Below, in pieces: positions 9,654 to 18,992 of a stretch of 64,000 bases of DNA (position 1 is the stretch's first letter; every line of letters starts with the position of its first letter). The DNA comes from a virus (taxonomy: Duplodnaviria; Caudoviricetes). The translations under genes and the position numbers were made by a program. The notes below the pieces were generated by a model that saw nothing but the letters and a program-made list of their open reading frames with translations, had not been told where the DNA came from and searched no databases. The stretch is taken from positions 6,655 to 70,654 of the IMG/VR virus record IMGVR_UViG_638276462_000001; one strand, 5' to 3'.

Positions 9654-9693
9654 CAACAAACCGCCCCGACCTTATGGCCGGGGCGGTTTGTTG
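9654..9693. terminator. Bidirectional intrinsic terminator
   Basis: CAACAAACCGCCCCG...CGGGGCGGTTTGTTG between convergent genes. Confidence 0.85.
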
Positions 9694-9701
9694 TCTGGGG
9701 C

Positions 9702-9989
9702 TTAGCGGGCAGCGGCAACCGCCTCGTTGACCAGGTCGTAGGTGCCGTGGCCGTTGCCGTAGAGGCGGCGAACCTGGCTGGGCTGGAGGGTGAGGCGGGC
9801 GGCGGCACCGAGGGCGGTGGTCACGGCGGCGGTGATGTCGCGGTGGTAGGTGCTGGTGACCTCAACGGCGTGAACGTCGAACAGGGCGCGGGCCAGGCGA
9901 ACCTCGTCGGAGGTGGCGGCACCGTGGGCAATGGCGGTGCGGAACTCGCGGTCGATGGCCTGGGCGGTGAACGGGGCGATGGTGGACAT
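9702..9989 (-). CDS. Hypothetical protein in antisense cassette (MSTIAPFT...)
   Basis: SD AAGGGAG downstream of repeat promoter; ends at terminator. Confidence 0.75.
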   Translation of the reverse strand: MSTIAPFTAQAIDREFRTAIAHGAATSDEVRLARALFDVHAVEVTSTYHRDITAAVTTALGAAARLTLQPSQVRRLYGNGHGTYDLVNEAVAAAR

Positions 9990-10011
9990 TTGTGGCTCCC
10001 TTACCTGCGGC

Positions 10012-10072
10012 GGCGGGGCGGTCCCGCCTTGCTGATGTGAACACACTAACCCGCCTTAGTCGGGTAAGTCAA
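10012..10072 (-). repeat. Promoter-operator-hairpin cassette, copy 1
   Basis: Minus strand: TTGACT-TACCCGACTAAGGCGGGT-TAGTGT-GTTCACATCAGCAA-GGCGGG ACCGC CCCGCC. Confidence 0.9.
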
Positions 10073-10111
10073 GATGACCGATACCGCACCGCCACCGGAT
10101 ACCCTGGCGTC

Positions 10112-10852
10112 GTGGCTTTCACGTGGCCGGTCGACCGGTCTGAGTTCCCGGCACTGCCGGACGAGGCCGACCCTGGCTATGCGCAGGCGGTCCTGGAGCA
10201 GCGTGCAGCGGCTGACCTGGCGGTCGGGGTGATGTGGGCGCTGGCGGGGCGGCAGTTCGGTCTGCTCGACGTGACCTCCCGGCCGTGCCCCGAGTACGCC
10301 AGCGTGCTCTACCGTGACCACGGCCAGGTCACCAGCTACGTCGTCAGCTGGGAGGGTTACGGGTGGATCAACCTGGGCTGTGGCTGTAGCGGTGGTTGCC
10401 GCTACGGTGGCCCCCGCGCGGTGCACCTGCCCGGCCCCGTGCACGCCGTGACCGAGGTCAAGCTGGCGGGCGCGGTGCTGGCCCCGGCCGGATACCAGCT
10501 GGAGAACAACGTGCTTTACCGGGTCGGTGCCCGGTGGCCGCACCAAGACCTTGGCCGTCCGCTGGGCGAGGCCCGCACCTGGAGCGTGACCTACCAGCGC
10601 GGTATCCCGGTGCCCGAGAGCTACGCGGCGCTCACCGGCCTGCTGGCCAAGGAGTTCCTGGACGCGCTCGACAACGAGGGCCGGTGCCGCCTGCCGCGCA
10701 CCGTGACCACCGCCAGCCGCCAGGGCGTGACGTACCGGGCCTACGACCCGCAGGCCATCTATGCCAACGGCAAGACGGGCCTGCCCGAAATCGACCTGGT
10801 GCTGGCAGCGGTGAACCCACACGCGCTGATGGCAGCGCCTACGGTGCTCTGA
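10112..10852 (+). CDS. Head-to-tail adaptor
   Basis: ALAGRQFG...RPC...RLPRTVTTASRQGVT...GKTGLPEID; GTG lies 6 nt after TACCCT (leaderless). Confidence 0.75.
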   Translation: MAFTWPVDRSEFPALPDEADPGYAQAVLEQRAAADLAVGVMWALAGRQFGLLDVTSRPCPEYASVLYRDHGQVTSYVVSWEGYGWINLGCGCSGGCRYGGPRAVHLPGPVHAVTEVKLAGAVLAPAGYQLENNVLYRVGARWPHQDLGRPLGEARTWSVTYQRGIPVPESYAALTGLLAKEFLDALDNEGRCRLPRTVTTASRQGVTYRAYDPQAIYANGKTGLPEIDLVLAAVNPHALMAAPTVL

Positions 10853-11382
10853 TGACCAGCCCCTGCCGCACCGACCCCGCCATGGAGGTCGTCGGTGCCG
10901 TTACCACCACGCTCACCGAGTTCTTCCGGCCGGACCAGCAGTGCCCGCCCATGATCGGCAGCACCACCAACGTCCGGTTCTTCGCGGGCGACGGCGCGCC
11001 GCTGGCCGCGTGGGACAGCCACGTCAGCCAGGGCTGTGACGAGCCGTTCGTATGGGTGCGGGCACAGCGCCGCTACCGCAGCAAGACGTTCCCGAACCCC
11101 ACGGTGGAGGTGGGGAACTGCAAGCTGCTCAAGGTGATGCCGGTGGAGGTCGGCGTGGCCTGGTGCGCGGTGGTCGACCAGGAGCCCCGCTGGTCCGACT
11201 ACGCCAAGGAGGCGGCGGTCAGCATGGACACCGCCTGGCGAATGGAGGAGGCGATGTGCGCCGCCGCCCGCCAGCTGGTGGCCGACGACAGCGAGCGCCT
11301 GGTGGGCAGCGACATCCTCAACCCGTATGGTCCAGAGGGCGGTGTCATCGCGTGGATTGGCACCTTGTACGCCAGCTACTAG
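10852..11382 (+). CDS. Head-tail connector / tail terminator-like protein
   Basis: TGATG overlap; PYGPEGG C-terminal motif; neck-gene position. Confidence 0.6.
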   Translation: MTSPCRTDPAMEVVGAVTTTLTEFFRPDQQCPPMIGSTTNVRFFAGDGAPLAAWDSHVSQGCDEPFVWVRAQRRYRSKTFPNPTVEVGNCKLLKVMPVEVGVAWCAVVDQEPRWSDYAKEAAVSMDTAWRMEEAMCAAARQLVADDSERLVGSDILNPYGPEGGVIAWIGTLYASY

Positions 11383-11392
11383 GAGGAACACC

Positions 11393-11752
11393 ATGGCCGG
11401 AGTGACTATCGAGGGCAGCCGCCTTTCGCCCAGCACGTTCCTGGCTGCGGGCGAGCGCGTCACCGTGCAGCGCACCGACCGGATCGACCGCCTGATCAAG
11501 GCCGGGTTCGTGGACGTGGTGGACGAACGCACCACTACCGAGCGCGAGGCCGACGAGCAGGCCGAGCAGTCGCGCGCCGACCTGACCCCATACACCCTGG
11601 ACAACCCGCCCAAGCGCAACGCCAGCCGCGAGGACTGGTCGGAGTTCCTGGCCGCGCACAGCGAACTTGGCATCGTCACCGAGGGCAAGGACCGCGACGA
11701 GCTGATCGCCGCCTGGGACGCTTACCTGGCCGGGCGCGTCACGCAGGAGTAG
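11393..11752 (+). CDS. Hypothetical virion protein with HeH-like C-terminus
   Basis: SD AGGAGG; PKRNASREDWSEFL...KDRDELIAAW. Confidence 0.65.
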   Translation: MAGVTIEGSRLSPSTFLAAGERVTVQRTDRIDRLIKAGFVDVVDERTTTEREADEQAEQSRADLTPYTLDNPPKRNASREDWSEFLAAHSELGIVTEGKDRDELIAAWDAYLAGRVTQE

Positions 11753-11755
11753 CCC

Positions 11756-12169
11756 GTGCCGGTAACCGCGCGCATCCACATCAACGAGCCGGAGCTGGAG
11801 CGCCAGACCGGCGCGATATTCCGTGGCAAGCACCGCAGCATCACGCGGCGCATTGCCACGCAGGCCCGCGCCGACGTGCCCGTGCGCACCGGCAACCTGG
11901 GGCGCGGTATCCAGGAGATGCCCCAGACGTACCGGCCGTTCCACGTGGGCGGCGGCGTAGAGGACAACGTGGACTATGCCGCCCCGGTGCACGAAGGCAG
12001 CCGCCCGCATCGCATCACCGCCCGGCACGCCAACGCGCTGCACTTCTTCTGGCACGGGCGCGAGGTGTTCCGCAAGAGCGTCTGGCACCCTGGCGTCCGG
12101 CCCCGGCCGTTCCTGCGCAACGCGGCGCGGCGCGTGGTAGCTGCGGACCCCGACATCCACATGACGTGA
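11756..12169 (+). CDS. HK97 gp10-like neck/tail completion protein
   Basis: PVRTGNL...YAAPVHEG...HPGVRPRPFL. Confidence 0.75.
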   Translation: MPVTARIHINEPELERQTGAIFRGKHRSITRRIATQARADVPVRTGNLGRGIQEMPQTYRPFHVGGGVEDNVDYAAPVHEGSRPHRITARHANALHFFWHGREVFRKSVWHPGVRPRPFLRNAARRVVAADPDIHMT

Positions 12170-12199
12170 CTATCCCGACATCGGTGGTAGTCTCGCGGC

Positions 12200-12300
12200 T
12201 GATCGGGTACCGGCGCAGACCGCAAGGTGGTTAGTTCTCCAAAGTGCTGACGGCAACCAGCAACTGGAGGCAAGCGGGTTCGACTCCCGCCGCTCGGTCA
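12200..12300 (+). ncRNA. tRNA-like element 1 (extended arm in place of anticodon loop)
   Basis: T-arm GCGGG-TTCGACT-CCCGC at 12274-12290; D-like arm GACC-GCAAGGT-GGTT; acceptor-like pairing; -10 TAGTCT at 12188-12193. Confidence 0.6.
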
Positions 12301-12326
12301 CTGACCTTGACGCCTCGGGAGGGCCA

Positions 12327-12887
12327 ATGACCACGTTCGGATCGCAAGGCAAGATCGTCGCGCGGGCAGACGCTGCACCGCCGGAGGAGCAGCTGGTGCC
12401 ACCGACCGACTACTGCGCACCGGACGACCTGGCACCCCAGGGCGACGACGCCGCGCCCGACGTGGAGCAGGTGCTGGCCGAGGTCGAGAAGGCCAATGAG
12501 GTCATCGACGCGCCCGCCGCTGCCGAGCCCGAGCCGGTCGAGGAGGTCGGCAACGCGGTGGTGCTGGCGCAGCGCTTCGACGTGACCACCACCGGGGAGA
12601 CCTGGGACTACGACTATCTGGAGTTCGAAGGCGACAAGCTGGGCATCCGGCTGCCGACCCGCCAGGCGCTGGCGGCGTTCTCGCTGGCGTCCAGCAAGTA
12701 CGTGTCCATGGGCGTGAAGAACGACCTAACGGGCCTGTTCATTGCCCGGCACCTGAGCCCCGAAAGCTACGGCCGGGTGTTCTCCCGCCTGATGGACCCC
12801 GACGACGCCGCCTACGACGTGGACACCGTGGGCGAACTGTTCAATGCAATCGTTACCGCCAGCATCGAGGCAGACGAGCAGGAATAG
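12327..12887 (+). CDS. Tail assembly chaperone (G-like, no frameshift extension)
   Basis: Directly before tape measure gene; SD GGGAGG. Confidence 0.75.
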   Translation: MTTFGSQGKIVARADAAPPEEQLVPPTDYCAPDDLAPQGDDAAPDVEQVLAEVEKANEVIDAPAAAEPEPVEEVGNAVVLAQRFDVTTTGETWDYDYLEFEGDKLGIRLPTRQALAAFSLASSKYVSMGVKNDLTGLFIARHLSPESYGRVFSRLMDPDDAAYDVDTVGELFNAIVTASIEADEQE

Positions 12888-12912
12888 CCACCTGCTGGGA
12901 TAGCCTGACCGG

Positions 12913-15900
12913 GTGACCGATGTCGGCAAGATCAGTCTTGGCGTAGAGCTACACGCCGACGACCTGGCAAACCGGCTCGGTGAAGCCGTACGGCGGGCAG
13001 TGCTGCCCGCGCTCGACAAGCTGAACCGCAAGCTCAACGAGGTACAGCGAGAGTACCGAAACACGGGCAACGCGGCCGAGCGCAGCGCCGACAAGCAGGT
13101 GCGCCAGCTGCGCCGCGTGGCAGTCGAGGCCACCGCCACCACCGCCGCGCTCAACGCCATGAACGCCGCCTACGGGCGCACCAACAGCGGGCCACGGCTG
13201 CCCCGCCCGGCCGACACCGAACGCGCCCGCCGGTCGACGGACGGGCTGGCCAACAGCACCCGCAGCGTGTCCGAGGCACAGCGCGAGCTGAACGAGGCCA
13301 TCAACATCTTCGGGCGGCGCAGCCCCGTGGTGGAGGCGGCACAGCGCCGCCTGGCCCGCGCCGAGGCCACCCATACCGCCGAGCTGGTGCGTGCCGCTGC
13401 CCGTAGCCGCGCCAGCACCGACAGCCAGGTCAACGATTACGAGCGCCTGGCGCGCGAGGCTGAACGGTCGGCAGCCCGGCAGGCAGCGGCGGCGCGTGCG
13501 GCCGGTGGCGGCGGTGGCCGAGGCGGTGGAGGCGGGGGCCGTCGCGGCGGCGTGATGGGGTTCCTCACCGGCCCCGTGGGGCTGAACTCCATCGCACTGG
13601 GCGCGTCGGCGCTGCCAGCGGTGGCAACGGGCGTTGTCAACATCGTCGGGGCGGTGCAGCAGCTGGCCCAGGCGGGCGCGGTGCTGCCCGGTGTGTTCGC
13701 TGGCGCGGCGTCGTCCATCGGCATCGCGGTGGTGGGCTTCAAGGGCATGGGCGATGCCGTCAAGGCGCTCATGGACGCCGCCGACGACCCGGCCAAGCTG
13801 GAGGAGGCGAACAAGCAGCTGGAGAAGATGGCTCCGGCTGCCGCTGCGGTGGCGCGCGAGGTGGCCAAGCTGGCTGCCCCGAACGGGCCACTGCGCCAGT
13901 TCCAGAAGGACATCGCTCAGCCGATGTTCGAGGGCATCGACCAGCAGCTGGACGACTTCGCAAACAAGGCGCTGCCGCGCGTCAAGCCCGGCGCGCAGAA
14001 GATCGCCGGGGCCTGGAACAACACGCTCAGCGAGGCGCTGCGTGTCGGCGGCAGCGACAAGACGCTGGGCTTCATCGACCGCATTTTCGGCAACACGGCC
14101 GAGGGCCAGAACCGTGCGAACAAGGCCATCGCGCCGCTGACCAGTGCGCTGGGCCAGCTGGCCGCAACCGGCAGTGACTTCCTGCCGCGCCTGGGCGATG
14201 CCATTACCAGCGTGAGCGAGCGGCTGGACCGCTTCATCAGCAAGAACGCGGCGAACGGCAACCTGTTCCGGTGGATTGACGAGGGCCTGAACGGTATGCG
14301 GGCCTTCGGGAACGCGGTGCTCAACGTCTTCAAGATCATCACCAACCTGACCAAGGCGGCGGGCGCGCTCGACGGCAGCCTGTCCGGCGACGGCGGGTTC
14401 CTGGGCTGGCTGGAGCGCAGCACCGGGGCACTGGAGAAGCTGACCGGCAGCGCCGCCGGTCAGGCCCGGCTCACGGCGTTCTTCAAGGACGGCCGGGAGG
14501 ACTTGGCCCGGTGGGGCGACCTGCTCAAGGAAATCTGGCCCGCCATCCGCGAGGTGATCAAGGGCTTCCAGGCATGGGGCGACATCATGTTCCCCATCAT
14601 CAAGGCGGTCGGCAGCCTGGCCGGATCGCTGGGCGAGGTGCCGGGCCTGCTCCAGGCCATCCTGGTGGGGTTCTTGGCGTGGCGCACCATCGGCGGCATC
14701 GTCGGCGGTATCACCGGCAAGATCAAGGGCATGAACACCGCCGCAGCGGCGGGCGGTGGTGCGGCCGGTGGCCGGTTCGGCAAGGGGCAGAGCGCCCTGC
14801 TGGGTGGCAGCCTGCTGCTCAGCGGCACCACCATGCAGCAGAACGCGGGCACCAGCACCACCAGCGGCGTGCTCGGGGCCTTGCAGACCATCGGCGGCGG
14901 CGCGGTGCTGGGCGGCACCATCGGCAGCGTAATTCCCGGCGTCGGCACGGGCATCGGGGCGCTGGTGGGCGGTGGCCTGGGCGCGGCGCTGGCCGGGTAC
15001 AACGCGCTGGTCAACCAGAACAAGATCGCCACCGAGGCGGCGGCTGCCGCTGCCGAGAAGTGGGCAGCCACCAACGAGCGCAGCCACCAGGCCATGCTGC
15101 TGAACAGCCAGGCCATCAAGTCGATGAACGACGCGCTGGCCGAGAGCGGTGGCCAGATCGACGCCGCCACGCTGGCGGCGGTGGGCGAGCAGGTCAGCGC
15201 CATCCCCGAGAAGCTGGCCGGGGCCTACGACGAAAACACGCTCAAGGGCATTGCCACCGCCCTGGGCGACGTGGGTATGTCGACGGAGCAGATGGCTGCC
15301 ACCATCACCGGCAGTCAGGGCCAGTTCGACGCGCTGATCGCACGGCTCCAGGGCATGGGTCCGGCCGGGCAGATCGCCGCGACACAGCTGGCCTCCATCC
15401 GTGACAACACGCTGGGCGCTGCCCAGAACGCCACCGTGGCCGCGCCGCTGCTCCAGCAGCTGGCCGACAACTTCGGCGGCGTGGCTGCGGCCGGTGTCGC
15501 GGTGGAGAACGCATTCAGCGCGGTGCCAAAGGACGTGCCGATCAACATCAACATGCCCGGCGGGCAGGCGGTGTTCGACATCCTCAAGGACATCGGCGCG
15601 CAGATTCAGACGAACAAGGACGGGACGATCAACGTCACCGCCCCGCTGGCCCCGGCGGTGCTGGACCAGCTGCGTGCGCTGGGCATCCAGGTGCAGCAGA
15701 ACAAGGACGGCACCATCAATGTCCAGGTGGACCCGGCCAAGTACGCCGACACCCTGGCGAAGCTGGGCACCTTGGGCTCCATGCTGCGCGATCTGCACGG
15801 CCAGTCCCTGGGCCTGCCGCCAGTGCCCGGCCCGGCGAACCCGAACACGCAGGCGGCTGACCCGTTCCAGATTCCGCGCCCGCCTGGCGGTGCCGACGGC

Positions 15901-18900
15901 ATGGTGGTGCCGGGCTACGCGCCCGGCCACGACATCGTGAACGCGGTGCTGGCCCCCGGCGAGGGCGTGCTGATCCCCGAGGCGGTGCGCGGCATCGGTG
16001 GCCCGGCCGGGGTGTACGCGCTCAACAGCCGGTTCCGCAGTGGGCTGAGCAAGCGCTTCTACGCCGACGGCGGCGTGCACACCGGTAGCGGGGCGCTGCC
16101 CGGCCCGGCCGGTTCCGAGACAGAGCTGGGCGTGCTCATCCAGATTCGTGACCTGCTGGCAGGCAAGGGCGGCATCGGTGCGGTGGCCCAGACCGCCCAG
16201 GCCACCGACACCATCGCCAAGGCCAGCGCGGGCACCACCGGCCAGACCATGGGTCCGTTCGGTACGCCGATCAAGGCCCGCAACCGTGGCTACGAGGCAG
16301 CCGCTGCGGCCATCCAGGCGCTCGGTGGCGACCCTGAGAAGTGGATCGGTGCTGATCCCACTACCTACGTCGCCCCGACCACCAGCGGGGCGTACAGCGG
16401 CACTGCGGGCCTGCCTGGGCTGCCGGGCACCGTCGACATTGCCGCGCTCCAGAAGTTCGCCATGACCGGCAACACTGCCGACCTGCCGCCGGGCATCGGA
16501 CTGAACGACCCGGTGGTCACAGCCATCACGGGCGCTCGGAACAAGAAGAAGGGCCTGGGCGACCAGGCCATCAGCGACCTGATCGGCCAGGCGCTGGCCC
16601 CCGGTGGCTTCACCGGCACGCTCGACAGCGACAACACCAGCCTCGTCAAGGCGCTGGAGCGGCTGCGCACCAAGGGCGTGAAGGTGCCCACGGGCGGCAC
16701 GGCAGCGGTGGCCGGATCCACCGGTGTGCCCATGTACGGCATCCCCGGCGCGGCGCTGGACCCGATCAGCGCCTACGCCCAGGCCCACAGCGGCGGTCAG
16801 TACAGCTGGGGCGCGAGCGACCTGGCCAGTGGCCTGTCCGACTGCTCGGGTGCGGTGTCCGACCTGGTGGAAATCATCACGCAGGGCCAGGCCACCAGCA
16901 AGCGCCTGTTCTCCACAGCCGACGCGGGCAGTGTGCTCCAGTCGCTGGGCGCGGTGTCCGGCGCGGTGCCTGGTGCCCTCCAGATCGGCTGGTCGGCCGA
17001 ACACATGCGGGCCACGCTGCCCAACGGCGTGAACTTCGAGTCCGGCGGCGGCACCGGCCAGGGCGCGACCTACGGCGGCAACGCCAAGGGCGCGGCGGGC
17101 CTGCCGAACATCATGTCGCTGCCGGTCAACGGCGTGCCGCTGGGCGCGGGCATGTCCGGCGCATTGCCGGGCGGCGGCGCGGCCGGTGGCGGCACCCCGG
17201 TGTTCGTCACGAACTGGCCTGGCGGTGGCCAGGTGCCACCGGGCGTGAACCAGCTGCTCGGGGGCCTCACGCAGGGCGGGGGCCAGGCGGCGCAGAACGT
17301 GCTCGGTGACGTGATGGGTGCGGTGGCCGGTGTCGGGCAGGAGGGCTGGGCCACCAAGGGCGCGAGCTATGCCCAGCTGAACACGTTGGTCCAGGAGGGC
17401 AACCCGCTGGCGCTGGCCAAGGCATTCGGCCTCAACGTGGAGGACTTCACCCGCCAGGGCGGCGCGGGCACCAACGTAGAGAAGAACGACCAGGCGTACG
17501 ACGCCAGTGGGCGGCTGTTCTCGGACACGTCGGCCCTGTTCGATCGCACACTGACCAGCCTGAACGCGCAGCTCCAGGCCATGCGCGAGCAGATGGTGGA
17601 CGTAATCGAGCAGGTCAGCCAGAAGCTCAACGACGAGGCCCTGGAGCCGGTCGTGAAGGCCGGTGTACAGAACGCGCTGGAGGGCTTGAAGGACAGCGTG
17701 TCCAACGCCATTGGCACCGCTATGGGCAACGCAGCCGCGCCGCCCATTGCCGACGCGGTGAGTAGTGCGGTGTCCAGCCTGCCCATCGACAACACGGGCA
17801 GCGGCAACGTCGGCGGCAACCTGGCCGGGGCGGCGACCGGTGTGCTCGGTATGGCAGGCGGCGGGCCTGTCAGCGGCGGCATCGCCGGTAAGGACAGCGT
17901 GCCCGCGCTGCTGATGCCCGGCGAGTTCGTGCTGAACACGATGGACGTGGCCAAGATGGGCGGCACCCACGGCGTGGAGGCTGCCCGGCGCAAGGGCTTC
18001 CGGCACTTCGCCACGGGCGGCGGCGTCATCGGTAACGACACCGTGGGCGCGGACTTCTTCGGCGTGTCCGAGGTGCCCATTATCGGGGCCATTGTGAACC
18101 TGCTGGTGCGGGTATTGCTCCAGGTCATTGGTGTGCAAATTGAAGTGCGCGACACCATGAACGAAATGACCAATGACTTCCGGCAATTCCGTGGTGACGC
18201 ATTTAAGGCGTTCGACGCTCAGGGCCGGTTGCTGAATGACACCAGCGGTCTTATCGAGCGCACGCAGTCGAGCGAGGAAACTGCCGCCGAGGAGCGCATT
18301 CGCATTCTCAAGATCGTTATCCAGGCGCTCATCAAGTACATCATCGAGAAGGTGATTGTGCCCATTACCAAGGCGGTGGCGAACGCGGCAATCCAGGCCG
18401 GTGCCAGCGCTGCGGGCGCGGCGGTGAATACGCAGGCACCCGGTGCCGGTGGAATTGTCAGCTCGCTTATTTCCAGCGCGGGCCAGGCCGGTGTCGATAT
18501 TGCGGCCGAGGTCGGTACGGACTTCGCGCTGGCCATCAGCGAAACGCTGATCGACATGGTGGGCGACCAGCTCCAGTCGTCGTTCCCCGACCTGGTGGCC
18601 GGGGTGTTCGGCGGCGGCGCGCTGGCCAGCATCTTCGACCCGGCGGGCGGCATCCTGGGCACGATCATCGGTGGCCTGCTGGGCAGCCTCACGGCCATCT
18701 TCGGCGGGCTGTTCGGCGGGGCCAGCACGCTGATCCCCGGCCAGTCGTTCGATGAGGGCGGGCTGGCCTACGGCAAGGGCTACCTGCCCAAGGCCACCGC
18801 CGAGCCGGAGCTGGTGCTGAGCCCGACCGAGACCAGCCTGTTCTCCCGGTTCGTCGCGGCGCTGGAGCGCGGCGGGTTCGGTGGCGGTGGCAGTCGAACC

Positions 18901-18984
18901 GTCCATGCTCCCATTACTGTGATCGGTGGCGGCACCGAGACCGCAGACGTGATTGAGCAGCGCCTGCTCAAGCTGATGCCGTAG
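12913..18984 (+). CDS. Tape measure protein
   Basis: 2023 aa, Ala/Gly-rich; repeated GG..G...D.V.A.L.PGE motifs; DCSG...H peptidase-like motif; GTG 6 nt after TAGCCT. Confidence 0.95.
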   Translation: MTDVGKISLGVELHADDLANRLGEAVRRAVLPALDKLNRKLNEVQREYRNTGNAAERSADKQVRQLRRVAVEATATTAALNAMNAAYGRTNSGPRLPRPADTERARRSTDGLANSTRSVSEAQRELNEAINIFGRRSPVVEAAQRRLARAEATHTAELVRAAARSRASTDSQVNDYERLAREAERSAARQAAAARAAGGGGGRGGGGGGRRGGVMGFLTGPVGLNSIALGASALPAVATGVVNIVGAVQQLAQAGAVLPGVFAGAASSIGIAVVGFKGMGDAVKALMDAADDPAKLEEANKQLEKMAPAAAAVAREVAKLAAPNGPLRQFQKDIAQPMFEGIDQQLDDFANKALPRVKPGAQKIAGAWNNTLSEALRVGGSDKTLGFIDRIFGNTAEGQNRANKAIAPLTSALGQLAATGSDFLPRLGDAITSVSERLDRFISKNAANGNLFRWIDEGLNGMRAFGNAVLNVFKIITNLTKAAGALDGSLSGDGGFLGWLERSTGALEKLTGSAAGQARLTAFFKDGREDLARWGDLLKEIWPAIREVIKGFQAWGDIMFPIIKAVGSLAGSLGEVPGLLQAILVGFLAWRTIGGIVGGITGKIKGMNTAAAAGGGAAGGRFGKGQSALLGGSLLLSGTTMQQNAGTSTTSGVLGALQTIGGGAVLGGTIGSVIPGVGTGIGALVGGGLGAALAGYNALVNQNKIATEAAAAAAEKWAATNERSHQAMLLNSQAIKSMNDALAESGGQIDAATLAAVGEQVSAIPEKLAGAYDENTLKGIATALGDVGMSTEQMAATITGSQGQFDALIARLQGMGPAGQIAATQLASIRDNTLGAAQNATVAAPLLQQLADNFGGVAAAGVAVENAFSAVPKDVPININMPGGQAVFDILKDIGAQIQTNKDGTINVTAPLAPAVLDQLRALGIQVQQNKDGTINVQVDPAKYADTLAKLGTLGSMLRDLHGQSLGLPPVPGPANPNTQAADPFQIPRPPGGADGMVVPGYAPGHDIVNAVLAPGEGVLIPEAVRGIGGPAGVYALNSRFRSGLSKRFYADGGVHTGSGALPGPAGSETELGVLIQIRDLLAGKGGIGAVAQTAQATDTIAKASAGTTGQTMGPFGTPIKARNRGYEAAAAAIQALGGDPEKWIGADPTTYVAPTTSGAYSGTAGLPGLPGTVDIAALQKFAMTGNTADLPPGIGLNDPVVTAITGARNKKKGLGDQAISDLIGQALAPGGFTGTLDSDNTSLVKALERLRTKGVKVPTGGTAAVAGSTGVPMYGIPGAALDPISAYAQAHSGGQYSWGASDLASGLSDCSGAVSDLVEIITQGQATSKRLFSTADAGSVLQSLGAVSGAVPGALQIGWSAEHMRATLPNGVNFESGGGTGQGATYGGNAKGAAGLPNIMSLPVNGVPLGAGMSGALPGGGAAGGGTPVFVTNWPGGGQVPPGVNQLLGGLTQGGGQAAQNVLGDVMGAVAGVGQEGWATKGASYAQLNTLVQEGNPLALAKAFGLNVEDFTRQGGAGTNVEKNDQAYDASGRLFSDTSALFDRTLTSLNAQLQAMREQMVDVIEQVSQKLNDEALEPVVKAGVQNALEGLKDSVSNAIGTAMGNAAAPPIADAVSSAVSSLPIDNTGSGNVGGNLAGAATGVLGMAGGGPVSGGIAGKDSVPALLMPGEFVLNTMDVAKMGGTHGVEAARRKGFRHFATGGGVIGNDTVGADFFGVSEVPIIGAIVNLLVRVLLQVIGVQIEVRDTMNEMTNDFRQFRGDAFKAFDAQGRLLNDTSGLIERTQSSEETAAEERIRILKIVIQALIKYIIEKVIVPITKAVANAAIQAGASAAGAAVNTQAPGAGGIVSSLISSAGQAGVDIAAEVGTDFALAISETLIDMVGDQLQSSFPDLVAGVFGGGALASIFDPAGGILGTIIGGLLGSLTAIFGGLFGGASTLIPGQSFDEGGLAYGKGYLPKATAEPELVLSPTETSLFSRFVAALERGGFGGGGSRTVHAPITVIGGGTETADVIEQRLLKLMP

Positions 18985-18992
18985 GAGGACAC

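Noticed and set aside
12200-12300. Functional tRNA-Trp (or functional tRNA at 60232-60301)
   Set aside because: Neither has a 7-nt anticodon loop on a 5-bp stem; reported as tRNA-like instead
12860-12913. Classical G/GT frameshift directly before the tape measure gene
   Set aside because: No slippery heptamer and only 25 nt between stop and tape measure start
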